Shown here one piece after another: positions 27,444-38,537 of a DNA stretch of 64,000 nt. The stretch spans positions 1 through 64,000 of the forward strand of contig JBGPFC010000016.1 in NCBI GenBank assembly GCA_041483195.1, read 5' to 3'. Each line of letters begins with the position of its first letter. The stretch's first letter is position 1. The position numbers were made by a program, and so were the translations under genes. Below the pieces are notes generated by a model. That model was not told the origin of the DNA. It saw only the letters and a list, made by a program, of their open reading frames with translations, and did not search any database. The DNA is from Candidatus Eiseniibacteriota bacterium. GTDB lineage: Bacteria; Eisenbacteria; RBG-16-71-46.

Positions 27444-28620
27444 ACGACCTCCCACCTCCGCGCCAGCACGCGCGCGGCCGCGAGGAACACCACCGTCAGC
27501 GTGATCAGCACCGTGAGCTGGGGCCAGAGCTCGAGCAGCGGCGCCTCGCGCCAGAACACCTTGAGGTAGCCGTCGAGCGCCCACGCGTTGAAGGTGACGA
27601 GCCCCATCCTCTGCATGCTCTCGCTCATGAGGAAGCGCGGGAACATGCTGCCGCCGAGCGCTGACATCACCAGGATCACGATGGTCGAGAGCCCCGAGAG
27701 CTGCTGCCGGCTGCGCGAAGCGGTGGCGAGCACGAGGCCGAAAGCCGCGGCGGCGGCGGCGGTCGCGAGCGTCATGATCGCGAAGCCCGGCAGGTGGCCG
27801 AGCAGATCGAGCCCGAATACCGCAGCGCCCCACAGGAACATGACGAGGACCTGGAGCATGCCGAGCAGGGTGAGGTGCACCCACTTGCCCGCCAGCAATC
27901 CGGTCATCCCCACGCTGGTGTTGAGCACGCGCTCGAGCGTTCCGGATTCCTGCTCGTCCAGCAGCGCGCCGCCCCCCGACGACGACGAGAAGAGCAGGAA
28001 CATCACCGCGATCCCCGCCGCGTAGAACGAGATCATGCGCCGGCTGTCCCTCCGGTCGCCAACCACGTTGGTGACGTGCGTCGCGACCAGCATGCCGGCT
28101 TCATCCCCCGATGCGCCGGCGGCGGACGACCCCTCCGCCGCGACTCCGCCACGCAGCACCCGTGCCGCGGCGCGCTGGAGCAGCCCGGTCACCACGCGAG
28201 CGCCCACCGGATCGGACGGATCCGCGAGCATCTCCGCCCGCATGCCTTTGCCGTTCAGATTGGGGAACGTCGCGCCCCACCCCTTCGGCAGCACGACCGC
28301 CACCGGCAGGTCGCCGCCGCGCACCATTGCCTCGGCGCGTGCGCGATCGATCGGACCCGCCGCGCCAGTGCCCGAGCCCGCGACCGAGTCCCGCACGCGC
28401 AGGCTCGAGTCGGCCTTCAGCGCCTCGATCAGGTAGCGGCTCATGTCGGAGCGATCCTCGTCTGCCACCGCCACCCGCACGCGGGGCATCCGGCTCATGG
28501 ACGCTCCGCCGAAGACCGATGCGAAGATCGAGAAGAAGGCGATGGGAAGCACGAAGGTCATGGCCTGCGCGACGCGGTCGCGACGCAGGGTGATGCGGCT
28601 GATGCGCATGAGGGTCGTGA

Positions 28621-28624
<4 letters not shown>
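27440..28624 (-). CDS. ABC-2 type exporter permease
   Basis: N-terminal TM, large extracytoplasmic domain (VAVADEDRS), EQESGTLERVL, multiple TM helices, SALGGSMFP; ATGA coupling to the ATPase. Confidence 0.88.
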
Positions 28625-29580
<956 letters not shown>

Positions 29581-29940
29581 GGAGCCTCCGGGGCACGAGT
29601 TGGGGTCCGAATGCGGGTCCAGACTACCCTCGGGAGTCGCCCCGCCCATGCGGGTCCCGACGGACGGTCGATGGAATGGGACCAACGGTCACGGCGGGAG
29701 ACGGGCGGCCCCGCGCGGCGTTCCATCGAGTCCTCCCCCCGGCGCGCCCCGAACGGGCTCGCTCGGCGACCATGGGGCCGGGTTCGGCCGCGATTTCCGC
29801 GGCATCCGTGTGGAATCAGGCGATTTGCACGCCGCGCCGGGGTCCGGGGTGAGCCCCGCCCGTCCACTTTTTTTTGGAAAGTTCTTTCCCCGGCGGCCGT
29901 CCCCCCCTAACCTGTCGGCGGGTTTCGGCATCCGACACCC

Positions 29941-31491
29941 GTGACCAACGCGCTGGAACCCGATCCGTCACCTCAGACGAACCCATTCACCTCTCACGGA
30001 GGTCTCGTGACGTTCGCATCATTTGGGCTGCCTACTCCCATCTTGAAAGGCATTCGCGCCGCGGGCTTTACCGAGCCCACCGCGATCCAGGGCCGGGCGA
30101 TCCCCGTCATCCTGCAGGGCAACGATCTCATCGGCGCCGCGCAAAACGGGAGCGGCAAGACCGGCGCCTACATCATCCCCATCCTGGCGCGCCTGATCGA
30201 GAGCACCGGACGGCTCAGCTCGCTCATCGTGGTACCCACGCGTGAGCTGGCGAGCTACGTCGAGACCCGGGCTCGGGACTACGCGCGCTACACGAACATC
30301 AAGATCGGTGTCGTGTTCACCGGCGCGCCGATCGCCGCGCAGGAGCGCATGCTCCGCGAGCAGCCGTTGGACGTGCTGGTCTCGACCCCGGGCCGCCTGC
30401 TCGAGCTGCACGCCCGCGGCTGCCTCAACTTCGAGGATGTCGAGATCATGGTGCTCGAGGAGGCCGACCGCATGGTCGCGCTCGGCCTCGCGCCCGATCT
30501 GCGCAAGCTCCTGAAGCTCCTGCCCGAGACGCGGCAGACGCTCATGTTCGCGATCACCATGCCGCCCGAGCTGAACCGGCTCGCGAAGGAGGCGCTGATC
30601 GAGCCGGTGCGCGTGGACATGGCGCCGCCCGCACGACCGAGTTCCGGCATCACGCAGGCGATCTACCCGGTGCCCAAGGAGCTGAAGCCCGATCTGCTCG
30701 ACGAGATGCTCTCGCGCGCGGAGGTGCGCAACACCATCATGTTCTGCCGCTCGCGAGCTTCCGCCGAGCGCGTCGCGAAGCAGCTCCAGCGCCGCGGCTA
30801 CAGCGTCGCGATCCTGGACGAGCACCCGAGCCAGGGCGAGCGCGAGCAGGCGCTCGAGGACCTGCTGCGCGGTCGCGTGCAGATCCTGGTCGCGAGCGAC
30901 GCATCGGCGCGCAGCCTCGACGTGACCGGGGTTTCGCACGTCATCAACTTCGAGGTGCCTCAGACGCCCGAGGACTACGTGCATCGCCTCGGTCGCGCGG
31001 GGAAGGCCGATCCGGTCGGAGACGTGTTCACGCTCATGAGCCCCGACGAGCGCAAGGACGTCGCGGCCATCGAGCGGCTCGTCGGGCGCGCGATTCCGCT
31101 CGTCATGCTCCCCGACTTCGACTACGGCCGGCCCCCGGCGCTGCTCAAGCAGGTGGTGAGTTACGGCGAGGACAGCCTGGCTCCGGCCGCGGCGAGGCCG
31201 CCGGCGGGGGTCGCGGGCGCCGCGGCACGCATCGCCGTGGTGCCGCGAGCCGGCGTCACGATCGTCAAGCCCGGTGGCGCCCAGGCGAAGGTCTCTGTGA
31301 ACGGCGGCGCGAAGAGCGGTGGCGCGCGCGCGAAGACCGCGAAGGGCGCGCAGCCCGGCCGTGGAAAGAGCGCGGCACGCCCCAAGTCGCGGCCCGAGCG
31401 CTCGCACCATGCGACGCACGCGCGCGCGAGCGGACACGCGAAGTCCTCCCGCTCACGCCCCGCGCAGCGGGCGTCGGGGAAGCGCCGCTAG
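29941..31491 (+). CDS. DEAD-box RNA helicase-like protein with degenerate motifs and a basic tail
   Basis: Q motif GFTEPTAIQ, AQNGSGKT, PTRELA, TPGRL; motif II reads EEAD, motif III AIT, motif VI HRLGRAGK. Start uncertain (GTG 29941 or 30007). Confidence 0.88.
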   Translation: MTNALEPDPSPQTNPFTSHGGLVTFASFGLPTPILKGIRAAGFTEPTAIQGRAIPVILQGNDLIGAAQNGSGKTGAYIIPILARLIESTGRLSSLIVVPTRELASYVETRARDYARYTNIKIGVVFTGAPIAAQERMLREQPLDVLVSTPGRLLELHARGCLNFEDVEIMVLEEADRMVALGLAPDLRKLLKLLPETRQTLMFAITMPPELNRLAKEALIEPVRVDMAPPARPSSGITQAIYPVPKELKPDLLDEMLSRAEVRNTIMFCRSRASAERVAKQLQRRGYSVAILDEHPSQGEREQALEDLLRGRVQILVASDASARSLDVTGVSHVINFEVPQTPEDYVHRLGRAGKADPVGDVFTLMSPDERKDVAAIERLVGRAIPLVMLPDFDYGRPPALLKQVVSYGEDSLAPAAARPPAGVAGAAARIAVVPRAGVTIVKPGGAQAKVSVNGGAKSGGARAKTAKGAQPGRGKSAARPKSRPERSHHATHARASGHAKSSRSRPAQRASGKRR

Positions 31492-32681
31492 CGGGACGGC
31501 TCGATCGCGGCGGGGATCTTCGCCGCCGCCCACCGCCAGGCGTCTTCCGCGCCGCCCGCGTCGGCGGCCGCGATCTGCAGGAGTTCCGGGCTGCCGCCGC
31601 CCTTCCCCTTCGCGAGCGTGAGCAGCTCCGGCAGCCACGCCTTGAGATCGAGGCTCCCGCCTTTCGCGCGTGCCACGATCACTGTCGGCTCGGGAGCGCT
31701 CGCGGCCGCCGCCACCCATGGCGCTCCCGCCTCGAGGCACTTGAGCACGAACGCGCGCAGCTCGTCTCGCGGCCGGGCGGGCGACAGCTCGGAGACGCCG
31801 TGCGGCGGGTGCCCCACGCGCTCCCTGGCCTCGGCCGCGATCGCCTTCGCGGTCAGCTCGCGCAATCGCTTCGCCAGCTCGTCGCGCTCTTCGGCCGCGC
31901 GCTCGAGATGGGCGATCAGCTCGCGGTCCTTCAGCGTGCGGCGCTTCGCCGCCTCGAGCAGCGCCTCGGTCCGCCACGCGTGATCGCGCAGGGCGCGGCC
32001 GCCGCACAGAAACTCGAACCGGAGATTCCCGCGCACCTTCTCCCAGCGCACGATCTTGATCGCGCCCACCTCGCCCGTGCGCCGGGTGTGCGTGCCGCCG
32101 CAGGCCGACACGTCCCACTCCGGGATCTCGACGATGCGAATTCGCCCGCTCACGGCGAGCGGCTTGCGGAGGACGAAGCGCTTCACGCCCTCGTCGTCCA
32201 CCCAGTGCCGCTCGATCGGGCGGTCCTCCCACACCACGCCGTTCGCCGCAGCCTCGATGCGCTCGACCCGCCTCCAGTCCGCGTCAGCCAGCGCCAGCTC
32301 GACGGAGCTACGCTCCTCGCCGAGGTGCGAAGACAACGTCGGCGCGTTCAGCACGCGCTCGAACGCCGCGGAGAGGATGTGCTGTCCGGTGTGCTGCTGC
32401 ATGTGGTCGAAGCGCCGCGGCCAGTCGATCGCGGCCTCGATCTCGCCCCGAAGATCCACGCCGTCGATCACGTGCCACACGCGTCCGCCCTCGTCCTGCA
32501 CGTCCACCACCGTGGCCCCGCCGAGCGTGCCGCGGTCGGCTCCCTGCCCGCCGCTCTCTGGGTAGAAATACGTGGCGTCGAGCTCGACGGCCGCGCGGCC
32601 ACGATGTTCCCCCGCCGCCGCGACCCGCGCGGTGAATCGCGTGGTGTATGCGTCGTCGTAGTCGAGCCGGGTCGAGGCCAT
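31488..32681 (-). CDS. Alanyl-tRNA editing protein (AlaX-type, with DHHA1/C-Ala domain)
   Basis: FYPESGGQ, HMQQHTGQH, CGGTH and C-terminal GKGGG. Confidence 0.88.
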   Translation of the reverse strand: MASTRLDYDDAYTTRFTARVAAAGEHRGRAAVELDATYFYPESGGQGADRGTLGGATVVDVQDEGGRVWHVIDGVDLRGEIEAAIDWPRRFDHMQQHTGQHILSAAFERVLNAPTLSSHLGEERSSVELALADADWRRVERIEAAANGVVWEDRPIERHWVDDEGVKRFVLRKPLAVSGRIRIVEIPEWDVSACGGTHTRRTGEVGAIKIVRWEKVRGNLRFEFLCGGRALRDHAWRTEALLEAAKRRTLKDRELIAHLERAAEERDELAKRLRELTAKAIAAEARERVGHPPHGVSELSPARPRDELRAFVLKCLEAGAPWVAAAASAPEPTVIVARAKGGSLDLKAWLPELLTLAKGKGGGSPELLQIAAADAGGAEDAWRWAAAKIPAAIEPSR

Positions 32682-32685
32682 CGGA

Positions 32686-33723
<1,038 letters not shown>

Positions 33724-33734
33724 GAGCTGGCGCC

Positions 33735-34601
33735 TCAGACCGATGACGGGGCGCCCGGCTCCGGCTCGGGCGACCTCGCGGGCTCCACCAGCGTGAGCCG
33801 CGCGCCGTGGCCGGCTCCGGCCACGCGCGCATCGAGATCCGCGCCGGCGTAGGCGGGTCCGACCTCGACCAGCTCGGCGTCGGCCTCGACCAGCCGGAGG
33901 TAGAAGAACGTCCACGCGTATTGAATGACCGGCGTGAACGCCGTGACGAGCAGCCAGCAGATCGCGACCCAGGTGGTCACCCCCGCTCCCGGCACGAGCA
34001 GAGAGAGCACGGTGACGGCGAACACCGCGGCGAGGGCAAGAAACACCGACACCACGATCATCTCGAACCAGCGCTCGAAGCGTCCCGACGAAAGCCGGAA
34101 CGAACGCTGGAACGCGCCGGACAGGTGCGGCTCGTCGAGCACGACCGCCTCGGTCGCGAACGCCAGGCGGTAGCCCAGCACGATCGCCGGGACCACGAAG
34201 AAGAAGGTCGCGAACAGCAGCGCGAGATTGCGCACGATCTCGGTCACGATGAGCCAGGGCAGGCGCCTCAAGCCCCGCGCGTAGCACTCGAGCGCTGGCG
34301 CGGGATGCGCGGCGGGGGGCGTATTGAACACCGACCGCGCGCGGAACCGGAGCATGGCTCCCACCACCATCAGCATCAGGTAGTCGCCGAGCAGCGCCAC
34401 GCTGCTGAGCAGCATGACGCGGCCGGGTTGCTCGGTCTGATCGAGTGGCGGCAGCAGCGCGAGCGCCACGATCCATGGCGCGCGCAGCAGCAGCGGCACG
34501 ACCAGCGAATGCAGCGCGTCACGGCGCACCGCCAGATCGAAGGCGAGCGCGAAGGCGTGCCGCGTGGAGGCCGGGAGACGCGGATCATGGGGCGTGGGCA
34601 T
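33735..34601 (-). CDS. Hypothetical integral membrane protein (about 6 TM)
   Basis: Alternating hydrophobic segments, EAVVLDE...AFQRSFRL; directly upstream of and co-oriented with the sigma54 activator. Start 34601 or 34622. Confidence 0.7.
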   Translation of the reverse strand: MPTPHDPRLPASTRHAFALAFDLAVRRDALHSLVVPLLLRAPWIVALALLPPLDQTEQPGRVMLLSSVALLGDYLMLMVVGAMLRFRARSVFNTPPAAHPAPALECYARGLRRLPWLIVTEIVRNLALLFATFFFVVPAIVLGYRLAFATEAVVLDEPHLSGAFQRSFRLSSGRFERWFEMIVVSVFLALAAVFAVTVLSLLVPGAGVTTWVAICWLLVTAFTPVIQYAWTFFYLRLVEADAELVEVGPAYAGADLDARVAGAGHGARLTLVEPARSPEPEPGAPSSV

Positions 34602-34632
34602 GGAGTGGGCCGCGCGGTCCATGCGCGGCCGA

Positions 34633-34664
34633 TTGACACTAGAGAGAGCCCTCACTAGTGTCAA
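34633..34664. promoter_or_regulatory. Symmetric bidirectional sigma70 promoter / inverted repeat
   Basis: TTGACACTAG-N12-CTAGTGTCAA gives TTGACA-17-TAGTGT on both strands. Confidence 0.7.
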
Positions 34665-34669
34665 GCTGC

Positions 34670-35152
34670 ATGCCTCGCAAGCTCTCACACGTCGACAGCA
34701 GAGGCCGGATCCGCATGGTGGACGTGAGCGACAAGCCCGTCACCGCCCGCGTCGCGGTCGCCCATGGCCGTATCTACATGCATCACGATACGCTCGCGCT
34801 GGTGCGCGAGGAACGCGCCCCGAAGGGCAACGTGCTGACCACCGCGCAGATCGCGGGCGTGATGGCCGCGAAGCGCACCGGCAGTCTGATCCCCCTCGCC
34901 CACACCCTTCCGCTCGACAGCGTCGATCTCGCCTTCTCGTTCGACGAGGACTCCTCGTCGATCGGGATCGAGGCGCGCGTCAAGTCGCGCGGGCGGACCG
35001 GCGTCGAGATCGAAGCACTCACGGCCGCGATGACGGCGGCGCTGACGCTCTACGACATGCTGAAGGCGGTGGATCGAGGCATGGTCATGGGCGAGTTCGC
35101 GCTGCTGGAGAAGCGCGGAGGCCGGAGTGGGGCCTACCGCCGCGGCTCCTGA
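34670..35152 (+). CDS. moaC: Cyclic pyranopterin monophosphate synthase MoaC
   Basis: LSHVD, MVDVSDK, KGNVL, AAKRT..LIPLAH, TGVEIEALT, YDMLKAVD, EKRGGRSG. Confidence 0.95.
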   Translation: MPRKLSHVDSRGRIRMVDVSDKPVTARVAVAHGRIYMHHDTLALVREERAPKGNVLTTAQIAGVMAAKRTGSLIPLAHTLPLDSVDLAFSFDEDSSSIGIEARVKSRGRTGVEIEALTAAMTAALTLYDMLKAVDRGMVMGEFALLEKRGGRSGAYRRGS

Positions 35153-36392
35153 GCCGCTGAGCTACGCCGAGGCGCGGGCCAGGGTGCTTGCGGCCGCGCG
35201 GCCGCTGGCGTCCGAGATGGTCGCGCTCGCGGACTGTCGCGGGCGCGCGCTGCGGCGGCGCGTGACGGCCGCGCACGCCCTGCCCCCCTTCCGCAACAGC
35301 TCGATGGACGGCGTCGCGGTGCGCTCGGACGATCTGGCTGCGGCGAGCGCGGCGAGCCCGGTGACGCTGCCGGTGGCCGAGACCATCGCGGCGGGGCACC
35401 TCGCGTCGCGCGCGCTTCGCCCCGGGGAGGTCATGCGCATCATGACCGGCGCGATGCTCCCCGAGTCCGCCGACGCGATCGTTCCCGTCGAAGACTTCGA
35501 GGTCGAAGCATCGGCCGGCTCGGAGCGCGCTCGCTTCACCCGCCCGGCGTCCGCAGCTCAGTACGTGCGCGAGGCGGGCGCGGATCTCGCGGCGGGCGCA
35601 CTCGCGCTCGAGGAGGGCCGCGAGCTTTCGGCACACGATCTCGCGTTGCTCGCGGCGCTCGGCGAGGCCACGCTCGCGGTGGGGCCGCGTCCGCGCGTTG
35701 CGGTGCTCTCGACCGGCGACGAGCTGCTCGACGTCGGCCAGCCGCTGCGCGAGGGGGCGATCCGCGACAGCAACCGCGTCATGCTGGCGTCGCTGCTCGA
35801 GGAGTGCGGCGCCCGCGTCGTGGCCGCGCGCCGCGTGCCGGATGATCCCGCCCGCGTGGCCACCGACGTCGCGAAGCTGCTCGAGATCGCAGACGTCGTG
35901 CTCACCATCGGTGGCGTATCGGCCGGCGATTTCGATCCGGTCAAGCTCGCGCTCGCGGCCGTTGGCGACGTCGCCCTGTGGCGCGTCGCGATGAAACCCG
36001 GCCGGCCCCAGGCGTTCGGCACCCCGCGGGGCCGGCTCTTCTTCGGAATGCCGGGCAATCCGGCCTCGGTCGCGTGCACGTTCGAGGCGCTGGTGCGCCC
36101 CGCGCTTCGCAGGCTCGCGGGCTGCGCATCGCTCGACCGCCCGCGGCTCACGGTGCGCGCGGCGGAGCCCATCGGTTCCCGCGAGGGTCGCACCGACTTC
36201 GTGCGCGTGACGCTGGCCGAGCGCGATGGGACGTGGTGGGCGAGCGTCGCCGGCGATCAGGTGTCCGGTCACCTCACGCCCCAATCGCGCGCGCACGCGC
36301 TCCTGATCGTGCCAGAGGCCGACGCTTCGCTCGAAACCGGCGCGGGCGCCGAGGCGATGATCCTCCGCTGGCCGGAGCGCGAAGGCTCGTGA
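35127..36392 (+). CDS. moeA: Molybdopterin molybdotransferase MoeA
   Basis: PPFRNSSMDG, IMTGAMLP, STGDEL, DSN, GGVSAG, MKPGRP, MPGNPAS. Confidence 0.94.
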   Translation: MGPTAAAPEPLSYAEARARVLAAARPLASEMVALADCRGRALRRRVTAAHALPPFRNSSMDGVAVRSDDLAAASAASPVTLPVAETIAAGHLASRALRPGEVMRIMTGAMLPESADAIVPVEDFEVEASAGSERARFTRPASAAQYVREAGADLAAGALALEEGRELSAHDLALLAALGEATLAVGPRPRVAVLSTGDELLDVGQPLREGAIRDSNRVMLASLLEECGARVVAARRVPDDPARVATDVAKLLEIADVVLTIGGVSAGDFDPVKLALAAVGDVALWRVAMKPGRPQAFGTPRGRLFFGMPGNPASVACTFEALVRPALRRLAGCASLDRPRLTVRAAEPIGSREGRTDFVRVTLAERDGTWWASVAGDQVSGHLTPQSRAHALLIVPEADASLETGAGAEAMILRWPEREGS

Positions 36393-38467
36393 GCCGGCGC
36401 CGTCCGCCGGCGCGCGGCGAAGCACGAACGCACCCGGCTCCGCCGGCCGTCGCGCCCGCTTACCAGGCGCCTCCCCTCTCGCCGAGCCATCCCGCGGCGA
36501 TCGCGGCGTTGCTCGCGGCGATCGCGTGCGTCGTGCTGAGCGCGACGTTCGAGATCTACGACACCGATTTCTGGCAGCACCTGCTGGTGGGCAAGGCGAT
36601 CTGGCAGGCCCATGGAGTTCCGCGGCTCCACGAGTGGACGTGGCCGGGTCTCGGCCGCCCCGACGTGCTGCCCTCCTGGGGATTCCGAGCGCTGATCTGG
36701 CCGTTCTGGGCCGCGGGCGGGGTCTGGGGGCTGTTCGCCTTCCGCTGGATCGCGTCGCTCGCCGCGCTCGGGGTGATGTGGCAGACCGCGCGTCGCATGG
36801 GAGCGCGCGGGCTCTCCCCGCTATTCGTCGTGGTGCTCGGCTCTGTGATCCTGCGCACCCGATCGCAGGTGCGGCCCGAGGCCCTCGCCGCGATCCTGCT
36901 GGCGCTCGAGATCGCGATCCTCGAGACGGCGCGCGCGGGCGGCGCGCTGCGCCGTGCTCCCGCTGCATCGCTGATCGCGATCGCGTGGGCGTGGATCAAC
37001 GTGCACGTCTCGTTTCCGCTCTTCTTCGTCGTGCTCGGGATTCACGCGCTCGACGCCCGGCTCGCGGCCCGCGGCGGGAGCGGCTCCGGCGACGCCGCTC
37101 GCGCGCGGCGGCTCGCGTTCGTCGGCCTCGCGGCGCTCGCCGCTTCCTTCCTCAACCCGTTCGGCGCGCGCGCGGTCTGGCAGCCGTTCGAGTTCATCCT
37201 CCACCAGCGCCAGGAACCCATCTTCCTCACCATCGGCGAGCTGCAACCGCCGCGCATCGACGAGAACCTCTGGAACGGCCTCCCGCTGCTGGCGCTGGGC
37301 TGGCCGCTGCTGCTGGCGTGGCGTGCGCGGCGCACCGGGTGGGATCGCGTCGAGCTCATGACGCTGCTCGCGTTCGGGGCGATGGGCGCGAGCAGTGCGC
37401 GCTTTCTCGGCAACGCGGCGCTGGTCGCGGTGCCCTACGCGGCTCGCGATCTCGACGCGTGGATTCGCGCGAGAGGCTGGCCGCGCTGGACCGCCTCGCC
37501 ATGGGCGCGCGCCGCGATCGCGATCGCCGCCTCGGTCCTGGTGGGATGGTTCGAATGGACGGCCCCCGATCCGCGCCCCGGCGTGGGGATCGAGATGAGC
37601 CAGTACCCGGTGCGTGCGTGCGATTTCATGCGCGATCACGACGTGCGTGGGCGCGGCTTCAACCACTTCTCGCAGGGCGGCTACCTGTTGTGGCGGTTCT
37701 GGCCGGACCCGGCGCGCCTGCCGTTCATGGACATTCACCAGTCGGGAACGCGCGAGGACCGGCTGCTCTACATGCTGGCCGGTGCACGCTTCGAGCGCTG
37801 GCGCGCGCTCGATGCCCGCGAACGTTTCGCATGGGTGTTGCTCAATCGCCGGCAGGTGGTGGGCGATCACCTGTTGGATTTCCTCGACCGCGACAGCACG
37901 TTCGCGCTCGTCTTCCTCGACGACGCTGCTGCGCTCTACGCGCGGCGCGGCGGCGTGCTCGATCCGCTCACGCAGCGCGGCTACCGGCTGATCCCGGGCG
38001 GGCGCGCCGCGCTCGCCGCGCTGGGGGAGCGCTGCGCGGAGGATCCCGTGCTCCGCGAGCGGGCGCGCATCGAGCTCGAACGCCAGGTGGACGGCTCCCC
38101 GTGGAACGCGGCGGCGCACAGCCTGCTCGCGAACATCGCGCTCATGGAACATCGCGCCACGGCGGCACGCTTCCACCTGGAGCGGGCGCTCGAGGCGGAC
38201 CCACTCATTCCGCGCACCCACGAGCGGCTCGGCGACCTCGCACTCGAGGGCGGCGATCCGCGCGCGGCGATCCGCGAGTACCGTCTCGAGCTGGTCACGA
38301 ACGAGCCCCCGCCCCAGATCGAGCTGCGCATGGGACGCGCCTCGGAGGCCCTGGGCGATCCCGGGGCGGCTCGCGCGCACTACCGCGCGGAGCTGAAGCG
38401 CGACCCATCGAGTCGGGAAGCGCTCGATCGGCTCTCGGCGCTCGAAGCGCGCATCGCGAGACCGTGA
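36389..38467 (+). CDS. Polytopic membrane protein with C-terminal TPR-like repeats (possible GT-C-fold glycosyltransferase)
   Basis: DTDFWQHL after TM1, about 10 hydrophobic segments, then helical TPR-like repeats (AAAHSLLANIAL, ALEADP, YRAELKRDP); GTGA coupling to moeA. Confidence 0.7.
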   Translation: MSRRRPPARGEARTHPAPPAVAPAYQAPPLSPSHPAAIAALLAAIACVVLSATFEIYDTDFWQHLLVGKAIWQAHGVPRLHEWTWPGLGRPDVLPSWGFRALIWPFWAAGGVWGLFAFRWIASLAALGVMWQTARRMGARGLSPLFVVVLGSVILRTRSQVRPEALAAILLALEIAILETARAGGALRRAPAASLIAIAWAWINVHVSFPLFFVVLGIHALDARLAARGGSGSGDAARARRLAFVGLAALAASFLNPFGARAVWQPFEFILHQRQEPIFLTIGELQPPRIDENLWNGLPLLALGWPLLLAWRARRTGWDRVELMTLLAFGAMGASSARFLGNAALVAVPYAARDLDAWIRARGWPRWTASPWARAAIAIAASVLVGWFEWTAPDPRPGVGIEMSQYPVRACDFMRDHDVRGRGFNHFSQGGYLLWRFWPDPARLPFMDIHQSGTREDRLLYMLAGARFERWRALDARERFAWVLLNRRQVVGDHLLDFLDRDSTFALVFLDDAAALYARRGGVLDPLTQRGYRLIPGGRAALAALGERCAEDPVLRERARIELERQVDGSPWNAAAHSLLANIALMEHRATAARFHLERALEADPLIPRTHERLGDLALEGGDPRAAIREYRLELVTNEPPPQIELRMGRASEALGDPGAARAHYRAELKRDPSSREALDRLSALEARIARP

Positions 38468-38537
38468 GCCGCAGGTCCCCGCGCCGCGGATCCGTCGACC
38501 GCGACCGGGGGACGGCCCGCGAGGGTGTGGCTCTCGG

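Noticed and set aside
34633..34664. CIRCE (HrcA) element
   Set aside because: Arms and spacer differ from TTAGCACTC-N9-GAGTGCTAA, and no chaperone genes are adjacent.
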